From Burkholderiales bacterium (GTDB lineage Bacteria > Pseudomonadota > Gammaproteobacteria > Burkholderiales > SG8-39): a DNA stretch of 45,400 bases. The notes below the pieces were generated by a model. It was not told the DNA's origin. It was given only the letters and a program-made list of their open reading frames with translations, and ran no database searches. The translations under genes were made by a program, and so were the position numbers. The stretch's first letter is position 1, and each line of letters begins with the position of its first letter. This document shows, one piece after another, positions 39,450 to 45,400 of this stretch. The stretch lies in assembly GCA_050741515.1 (NCBI GenBank), contig JBOIFD010000225.1, positions 1 through 45,400 on the forward strand, read 5' to 3'.

Positions 39450-40139
39450 ATGACATTGCCCAACCTGCCGGTACAGGTGCGCATGGGATGGCAAGCGGTC
39501 GTCGGCGCGCTGCAAGGCGTGCTCGCCGGGCTGGGCCTGCTTGCGCTGCTGTTCCTGGCGGTCGAAGGAGGACGCTTGACGCCCTTCGGCGGGGGAGCCC
39601 CGCGCGGCGCCCTCGCCTACGGCAAGGCGGTCGCGGCGCAGCCGCAGCTCGACGCCGCGGCCGGTGCGCGGACCGACCCGCACCATCAGGTGCTGGCGAG
39701 CTACCTTGCCCGGCGCTACCGGATCGCGACCGACGCGACCACCGACCTCGTTGGCGAGGCGTATGCGGTCGGGCGTGGCGTAGGCCTCGACCCGTTGCTG
39801 ATCCTCGCGGTGATCTCGGTCGAATCGCGGTTCAACCCCATCGCCGAGAGCGACAAGGGGGCGAAGGGTCTGATGCAGGTGATTCCGAAGTGGCACTACG
39901 AGAAGCTCGCCGCGCACGGCGGCGAGGACGCAGTGCTCGACCCGCGGACCAACATGCTGGTGGGCGCCCAGATCCTGAAGGAGTACATCGTGCGCGCCGG
40001 TAATCTCGAGGCCGGGCTGCAGATGTACAACGGCGCGTCCGACGATCTCTCGCAGGGCTACGCTCAAAAGGTGATCGCGGAGCGGCAGCGCCTGGAGCAA
40101 ACGCTGCCTCGTCCCCGGGGCCGCGGGACCGCCGCCTAG
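39450..40139 (+). CDS. Lytic transglycosylase (SLT domain), membrane-anchored
   Basis: A GGAGG SD precedes the ATG. An N-terminal TM segment (VLAGLGLLALLFLAV) is followed by the SLT block VISVESRFNPIAESDKGAKGLMQVIPKWH...MYNG. Confidence 0.85.
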   Translation: MTLPNLPVQVRMGWQAVVGALQGVLAGLGLLALLFLAVEGGRLTPFGGGAPRGALAYGKAVAAQPQLDAAAGARTDPHHQVLASYLARRYRIATDATTDLVGEAYAVGRGVGLDPLLILAVISVESRFNPIAESDKGAKGLMQVIPKWHYEKLAAHGGEDAVLDPRTNMLVGAQILKEYIVRAGNLEAGLQMYNGASDDLSQGYAQKVIAERQRLEQTLPRPRGRGTAA

Positions 40140-40190
40140 CGGGCCGGGGTAACAGCGCGCTTGGGTCCGGAGGTTCGCCGGACCGATGGC

Positions 40191-41390
40191 CTAGCTGTCC
40201 CGGAGGAACCGCGACATCCGCGCTACGCCTTCCTCCAGATCGACGAGCGACCGCGTGTAGGCGAAGCGGACGTGCGACCGGGCGCGATGCACGCCGAAGT
40301 CGATTCCCGGGGTGATGGCGACGCCGGCTTCCTCGAGGAGCCGCAGTACGAACGACTCGCTGTCGTCGGTGAAGCGGGCGCAGCCGGCGTAGACGTAGAA
40401 AGCGCCTTCCGGCATGACCGGCACCTCGAAGCCCAGCGAGCGGAGCGCCGGCACCAGGAAATCCCGCCGGCGCTGGAACTCCGCCCGGCGGGCCTCCAGG
40501 ATCTCGATGGTCTCGGGCCGAAACGCGGCGAGCGCTGCGTACTGCGCCGGGGCCGACACCGAGATGAACGCGTTCTGCGCGAACCGCTCCATCTCCCGCA
40601 CGTATTCGGATGGCGCGACGAGCCAGCCGAGGCGCCAGCCGGTCATGCTGAAGTACTTCGAGAAGCTGTTGACGACCAGGATCCCGTCCGACACCCCGAG
40701 CGCGGTCGGGCGGCGTTCTCCCCCGTAGCTCAGGCCCTGATAGATCTCGTCGAGGATGGCGATGCCGCCGCGCCGCTCGACCTCGGCAAGGATCGCGCGC
40801 AGCGCATCCTGCGGCACCATCGTCCCGGTGGGATTCGAAGGCGACGCGAGCACGACGCCGCGCGTTCGCGCGGCCCAGTGCCGCTGCACGTCCTCGGCCG
40901 AGAGCTGATAGTGGGTTCTCTCGTCCGACGGGACGGTCTTCGCGCTCCCCTCGAACATCCGGACGAAGTGCCGGTTGCACGGATAGCACGGATCCGGCAT
41001 CAGCAGCTCGTCGCCGGGATCGATCAGCGAGCCCATCGCGATCAGGAACGCGCCCGACGCGCCGGCAGTGACCATGATCCGTTCCGGCCCCACGTCCACC
41101 CCGTAGCGGTCGGCGTAGAACCGCGCGAGCGCCTCGCGTAGCGCGGGGAGGCCGAGCGACGCCGTGTAGCCCATCGGCTCGCGATGCAGCGCCCGGATCG
41201 CCGCGTCGATCACCGGCTGGGGGGCGGCGAAATCGGGCTGTCCGATCTCCATGTGGATGACGCGCCGTCCCGCCGCTTCGAGCTCGAACGCGCGCCGCTG
41301 TACCTCCATCACGTGGAACGGCTCGATCGCGTCCATGCGCGAGGCGAGCTGCAGGCGGGCGTGCTTCGGGACCGACGCGGGGGCGTGCAT
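40191..41390 (-). CDS. PLP-dependent aminotransferase, class I/II
   Basis: ...IHMEIGQPDF...ASPSNPTGTM...SFSKYFSMTGWRLGW (PLP lysine) ...VRFAY... Confidence 0.88.
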   Translation of the reverse strand: MHAPASVPKHARLQLASRMDAIEPFHVMEVQRRAFELEAAGRRVIHMEIGQPDFAAPQPVIDAAIRALHREPMGYTASLGLPALREALARFYADRYGVDVGPERIMVTAGASGAFLIAMGSLIDPGDELLMPDPCYPCNRHFVRMFEGSAKTVPSDERTHYQLSAEDVQRHWAARTRGVVLASPSNPTGTMVPQDALRAILAEVERRGGIAILDEIYQGLSYGGERRPTALGVSDGILVVNSFSKYFSMTGWRLGWLVAPSEYVREMERFAQNAFISVSAPAQYAALAAFRPETIEILEARRAEFQRRRDFLVPALRSLGFEVPVMPEGAFYVYAGCARFTDDSESFVLRLLEEAGVAITPGIDFGVHRARSHVRFAYTRSLVDLEEGVARMSRFLRDS

Positions 41391-41494
41391 GCGGTTGATG
41401 TTGAGCGTGCCTCGAGCGGACGATTCTAACCGCCCGGCGGGGCATGGCCGGCCGACTATAATCGGCGCGAAGCCCCGACTCTAGGAGATTCGCC

Positions 41495-43789
41495 GTGGAA
41501 GACCCGCTCCGCAAGGCGGCGCTCGACTACCACCGGCTCCCCAAGCCGGGGAAGATCTCGGTGACCCCCACCAAGGGCCTGGTCAACCAGCGCGATCTCG
41601 CCCTTGCGTACTCGCCGGGCGTCGCCGCGGCGTGCGAGGAGATCGTGCGCGACCCGGGCACGGCTGCGAGCCTCACTGCGCGCGCGAATCTGGTCGCAGT
41701 GATCACGAACGGCACCGCGGTGCTCGGCCTGGGCGCGATCGGGCCGCTCGCCGGCAAGCCGGTGATGGAAGGCAAGGGAGTGCTGTTCAAGAAGTTCGCC
41801 GGCATCGACGTCTTCGACCTCGAGATCGACGAGCGCGATCCGGACCGGCTGGTGGAGATCATCGCCTCGCTCGAGCCGACCTTCGGCGGCATCAACCTCG
41901 AGGACATCAAGGCGCCGGAGTGTTTCCACGTCGAGCGCCGGCTCCGCGAGCGGATGCGGATCCCGGTGTTTCACGACGACCAGCACGGCACCGCGATCAT
42001 CGTCGGTGCGGCGGTGACCAACGGACTGCGCGTCGTCGGCAAGGGTATCGACGAGGTGAAGCTCGTGACCTCCGGCGCCGGCGCGGCGGCGCTTGCCTGC
42101 CTGGACCTGCTCGTCAGCCTCGGGTTGAGAATGGAGAACATTTGGGTCTCCGACATCGCCGGCGCGGTGTACGACGGCCGCACGGAGGAGATGGACCCGA
42201 ACAAGGCGCGCTACGCGAGGCAAACCTCCGCGCGGACGCTCGGTGACATCATCGACGGCGCCGACATCTTTCTCGGGCTTTCGGCCGGGGGCGTGCTGAA
42301 GCCCGAGATGGTCAAGCGGATGGCGAAGCAGCCGCTGATCCTCGCGCTCGCCAACCCCGAGCCGGAGATCCTGCCCGACCTCGCAAGGCAGGTCCGGCCC
42401 GACGCGATCATCGCGACCGGCCGCTCGGATTATCCGAACCAGGTCAACAACGTCCTCTGTTTTCCCTTCATTTTCCGCGGCGCGCTCGACGTCGGCGCGA
42501 CGCAGATCAACGAGGCGATGAAGATCGCCGCGGTCAGGGCGATCGCCGACCTGGCCACGGCCGAGCAGTCCGACATCGTCGCTGCCGCCTACGGCGAGCA
42601 GAACCTCAGGTTCGGCGCGGACTACCTGATCCCGCGGCCGTTCGATCCGCGCCTGATCGTGCAGATCGCACCGGCGGTGGCGAAGGCGGCGATCGACTCC
42701 GGGGTCGCGACGCGGCGGATCGAGAACTTCGGTGCCTATCGCGACTCGCTCCAGCAGTTCGTCTACAACACCGGTTTCATCATGAAGCCGCTGTTTGCCG
42801 CGGCCAAGCAGGCGCCGCGGCGGATCGTCTACGCCGAGGGCGAGGACGAGCGCGTCCTGCGCGCGGTGCAGGTCGTGGTCGACGAGGGGCTCGCACGGCC
42901 GATCCTGATCGGCCGCCCGGCGGTGATCGAGCGCGCGATCGCGCGCGCCGGGCTGCGGATCGGCGCCGGCGTCGACTTCGAGCTCGTCAACATCGAATCC
43001 CATCCGCACTATCCCGAGTACTGGCAGGAATACCACCGTCTTACCGAGCGTCGCGGCGTCTCGGTGCCGTATGCGAAGATCGAGATGCGCCGCCGGGCGA
43101 CCGGCATCGGCGCGATGGCGATCCATCGCGGCGAGGCCGACGGCATGCTGTGTGGCACGTTCGGGACCCACGATCTGCACCTGCAGTACGTCGATCAGAT
43201 CCTCGGCCGCAAGCCCGGGGTCAACGACTACTACGCGATGAACGTGCTCATCCTGCCGAAGCGCACGCTCTTCATCTGCGATACCTACGTGAACTTCGAC
43301 CCGACCGCGGAGCAGATCGCGGAGATGACGGTGCTCGCGGCCGAGGAGATCCGGCGCTTCGGGATCACGCCGAAGATCGCGCTGCTATCGCACTCGAACT
43401 TCGGCACCAGCGACCAGGCGAGCGCGGTCAAGATGCGGCACGCCCTCGAGCTCATCGCGCGCCGCGCGCCGGACCTGGAGATCGAGGGCGAGATGCACGG
43501 CGACGCCGCGCTCTCGGAGGACGTGCGCGCGGAGGTGTTCCCCAGGTCGCGGCTGAAGGGCGAGGCGAATCTGCTGATCATGCCGACGCTCGACGCCGCG
43601 AACATCGCGTTCAACCTGCTCAAGACCGCGTCCGCGGACGGCATCACGATCGGCCCCATCCTGCTCGGGTGCGCCAGGCCGGCGCACATCCTCACGCCGT
43701 CGGCGACGGTGCGGCGAATCGTCAACATGACGGCGCTGGCGGTGGTCGACGCCAATTCCAATGCCCAACGGCCGCTCTTCGCGACCTAG
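41495..43789 (+). CDS. maeB: NADP-dependent malic enzyme with a C-terminal phosphotransacetylase-like domain
   Basis: A GTG start follows [52 protein letters not shown]...[12 protein letters not shown]...; the 764-aa product has a PTA-like C-terminal half. Confidence 0.93.
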   Translation: MEDPLRKAALDYHRLPKPGKISVTPTKGLVNQRDLALAYSPGVAAACEEIVRDPGTAASLTARANLVAVITNGTAVLGLGAIGPLAGKPVMEGKGVLFKKFAGIDVFDLEIDERDPDRLVEIIASLEPTFGGINLEDIKAPECFHVERRLRERMRIPVFHDDQHGTAIIVGAAVTNGLRVVGKGIDEVKLVTSGAGAAALACLDLLVSLGLRMENIWVSDIAGAVYDGRTEEMDPNKARYARQTSARTLGDIIDGADIFLGLSAGGVLKPEMVKRMAKQPLILALANPEPEILPDLARQVRPDAIIATGRSDYPNQVNNVLCFPFIFRGALDVGATQINEAMKIAAVRAIADLATAEQSDIVAAAYGEQNLRFGADYLIPRPFDPRLIVQIAPAVAKAAIDSGVATRRIENFGAYRDSLQQFVYNTGFIMKPLFAAAKQAPRRIVYAEGEDERVLRAVQVVVDEGLARPILIGRPAVIERAIARAGLRIGAGVDFELVNIESHPHYPEYWQEYHRLTERRGVSVPYAKIEMRRRATGIGAMAIHRGEADGMLCGTFGTHDLHLQYVDQILGRKPGVNDYYAMNVLILPKRTLFICDTYVNFDPTAEQIAEMTVLAAEEIRRFGITPKIALLSHSNFGTSDQASAVKMRHALELIARRAPDLEIEGEMHGDAALSEDVRAEVFPRSRLKGEANLLIMPTLDAANIAFNLLKTASADGITIGPILLGCARPAHILTPSATVRRIVNMTALAVVDANSNAQRPLFAT

Positions 43790-43897
43790 GGCGTGCCGGA
43801 CGGGCCGGGTGATAGTGGCGCTGGGAGGCTGACGGACGCTAAACTTCCGCCGCGCGGCCCGGAAGGCAGGGCGGGGTGCCGGGCCCCGCGGGGAGCC

Positions 43898-45058
43898 ATG
43901 ATCGCGATAAAGAAGACCGGGCTGATCCTCGCCGGCGGCGGGGCGCGGGCGGCCTATCAGGTCGGCGTGCTGAAGGCGGTGAGCGAGCTGCTCGGGGAGC
44001 CGCGCGAGAACCCGTTCCCGATCCTCTGCGGCACCTCCGCCGGCGCGATCAATGCGGCCGCGCTCGCCATCCGGGCCGACGATTTCGCCGGCGGCGTGCG
44101 GCATCTCGTCGACGTCTGGGGCGCCTTCCGCTGCCGCGACGTCTACCGCAGCGACTGGCCCGGAATCATCCGCACCGGCAACCGCTGGCTGACCGCCCTG
44201 ATGCTGCTCAACCGGAGCAACCCGATCTCGCTGCTCGACAACACCCCGCTCCGGGAGCTGCTCGTCCGCACGATGGAGTTCGAGCGCATTCAGGCGAACA
44301 TCGACAACGGCGCGCTCTACGCCGTGTCGGTGACCGCGTCGGGCTACACCTCCGGGCAGAGCGTGACCTTCTACCAGGGCGGATCCGGAGTCGAGGATTG
44401 GGAGCGCTGGCAACGGGTCGGTGCCTCAACGACCCTGAACGCGGACCTGCTGCTTGCGTCCAGCGCGATCCCGTTCATCTTTCCGGCGGTCAAGGTCCAC
44501 CGCGAGTTCTTCGGCGACGGCTCGATGCGACAGATCGCGCCGATCTCGCCGGCGCTGCACCTCGGCGCCGACCGCGTGCTCGTAATCGGCACCGGCCGGC
44601 AGTCCCAGGAGCCGGTGCGGGTCCGCTCGAACCTCTATCCCTCGCTCGCGCAGATCGCCGGCCACACCTTGAACTCCATCTTCCTCGACAGTCTCGCGGT
44701 CGACATCGAGCGCCTGCAGCGGATCAACAAGACCCTCCAGTGCGTCTCCCCGGAGCGGGCCGAGGAGGTCGGCCTGAGACTGCGGCCGATCGACGTCTTC
44801 GTGCTGCAGCCCAGCCAGCCGATCGAGCGCATTACCGCCCGGCACCTCCAGCACTTCCCGCGCGCGGTTCGGTTTCTCCTGCGCGCGGTCGGTGCGATGA
44901 ATCGCAACGGGTCGAACCTTGCGAGCTACCTGCTGTTCGAGGCACCGTTCACGCGCGCCCTGATGGAGCTCGGCTACCGTGACACGATGTCCCGCCGGGA
45001 CGAAATGCTGGCGTTCCTGCGGCGGGGCGCCGGGGACGCGCCTTCGGCGCCCACGTGA
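43898..45058 (+). CDS. Patatin-like phospholipase family protein
   Basis: MIAIKKTGLILAGGGARAAYQVGVLKAV (oxyanion GGG.R) ...LCGTSAGAINAA (GxSxG) ...FGDGSMRQ (catalytic DG). The track start at 43793 adds a Gly/Arg-rich extension. Confidence 0.85.
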   Translation: MIAIKKTGLILAGGGARAAYQVGVLKAVSELLGEPRENPFPILCGTSAGAINAAALAIRADDFAGGVRHLVDVWGAFRCRDVYRSDWPGIIRTGNRWLTALMLLNRSNPISLLDNTPLRELLVRTMEFERIQANIDNGALYAVSVTASGYTSGQSVTFYQGGSGVEDWERWQRVGASTTLNADLLLASSAIPFIFPAVKVHREFFGDGSMRQIAPISPALHLGADRVLVIGTGRQSQEPVRVRSNLYPSLAQIAGHTLNSIFLDSLAVDIERLQRINKTLQCVSPERAEEVGLRLRPIDVFVLQPSQPIERITARHLQHFPRAVRFLLRAVGAMNRNGSNLASYLLFEAPFTRALMELGYRDTMSRRDEMLAFLRRGAGDAPSAPT

Positions 45059-45158
45059 GGCTGGCCGGGCGGCCGATCGGCGTCCTTCCCGCCTGTGCAC
45101 GCTCGCGGGATCGGCTCTACACTGATCTTTCCTCAGCGCTCGCTTTTCGGTGGCCGCC

Positions 45159-45400
45159 ATGACCGAGGACACCCAGCCGCACGACCCGTTCGAGCTCCTG
45201 AAGAGGATGTGGGCGCCGATGGGGTTGCCCATGCCGGGTGCGATGGCGCCGCTCCTCGATCCCAACGAGATCGAGAAACGCATCGCCGACCTAAAGTCGG
45301 TCGAGAACTGGCTCGCCATGAACCTGAACGTGCTGCGCATGACCATTCAGGGGCTCGAGATGCAGCGGGCCACGCTCGCCGCCTTCCAGGGGATGCACGC
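45159..45400 (+). CDS. PhaM-like PHA-granule-associated protein, N-terminal part (runs off the window)
   Basis: MTEDTQPHDPFELLKRMWAPMGLPMPGAMAPLLDPNEIEKRIADLKSVENWLAMNLNVLRMTIQGLEMQRATLAAFQG. I recall the block EL..RI..LK.VE.WL..NL..L..TIQ.LE.QRAT from PhaM-family proteins. This assignment is from memory only. Confidence 0.45.
   Translation, partial: MTEDTQPHDPFELLKRMWAPMGLPMPGAMAPLLDPNEIEKRIADLKSVENWLAMNLNVLRMTIQGLEMQRATLAAFQGMH

Noticed and set aside
43898-45058. The patatin-like phospholipase as a possible effector of a CBASS-type or other defence system.
   Set aside because: No cyclase, sensor or other defence-associated gene is adjacent. It is flanked by maeB and a PhaM-like gene, so it looks like a stand-alone housekeeping-type lipase.

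Overview
This is a high-GC chromosomal segment whose gene order looks like betaproteobacterial core genome (Burkholderiales/Rhodocyclales-like). I can support 46 protein-coding genes (2 truncated by the window edges) and one tRNA-Pro(CGG). I found no rRNA, CRISPR array, transposase, integrase or recognisable defence/toxin module.

Gene order:
- pepA, divergent from lptF-lptG
- ECF sigma / DUF3619 / DUF3106 / RDD cluster
- ilvI-ilvH-ilvC-psd-pssA-leuA
- wrbA / HugZ-like / DUF2069 operon, then yihY
- two tandem paralogous ~500-aa PilZ-domain genes
- pyrF, a lytic transglycosylase, proS, rppH, a CBS protein
- rubrerythrin / HdrD-GlpC-like Fe-S protein / DUF3501 / CNP1-like operon
- proB-obg-rpmA-rplU, divergent from ispB, then tRNA-Pro
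- PP0621 / PilS-like kinase / PilR-like sigma54 activator, then ampD
- nrdA-nrdB, preceded by NrdR boxes
- a lysine-rich histone-H1-like gene, then a 520-bp non-coding region
- a second lytic transglycosylase, an aminotransferase, maeB, a patatin-like lipase, and the start of a PhaM-like gene

Many junctions are 4-nt ATGA/GTGA overlaps, which suggests translational coupling. Most long ORFs in the supplied track that lie antisense or out of frame to these genes are Arg/Pro/Gly-rich GC artefacts.

The least explained feature is the PilZ-domain paralog pair at 15240..18651. Each gene has a large unassigned N-terminal region and is preceded by a near-identical sigma54 -24/-12 promoter. One also has a perfect TGTGA-N6-TCACA palindrome upstream.

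Other points worth a second look:
- a Leu-rich leaderless uORF before leuA
- an NrdR operator with an 11-bp tandem duplication
- a 188-bp convergent overlap between the transglycosylase and pyrF
- the poorly characterised ECF and rubrerythrin clusters
- a near-consensus promoter with a ~265-nt structured leader in the 520-bp gap

All calls come from reading the translations and the sequence by eye. No database search was run.
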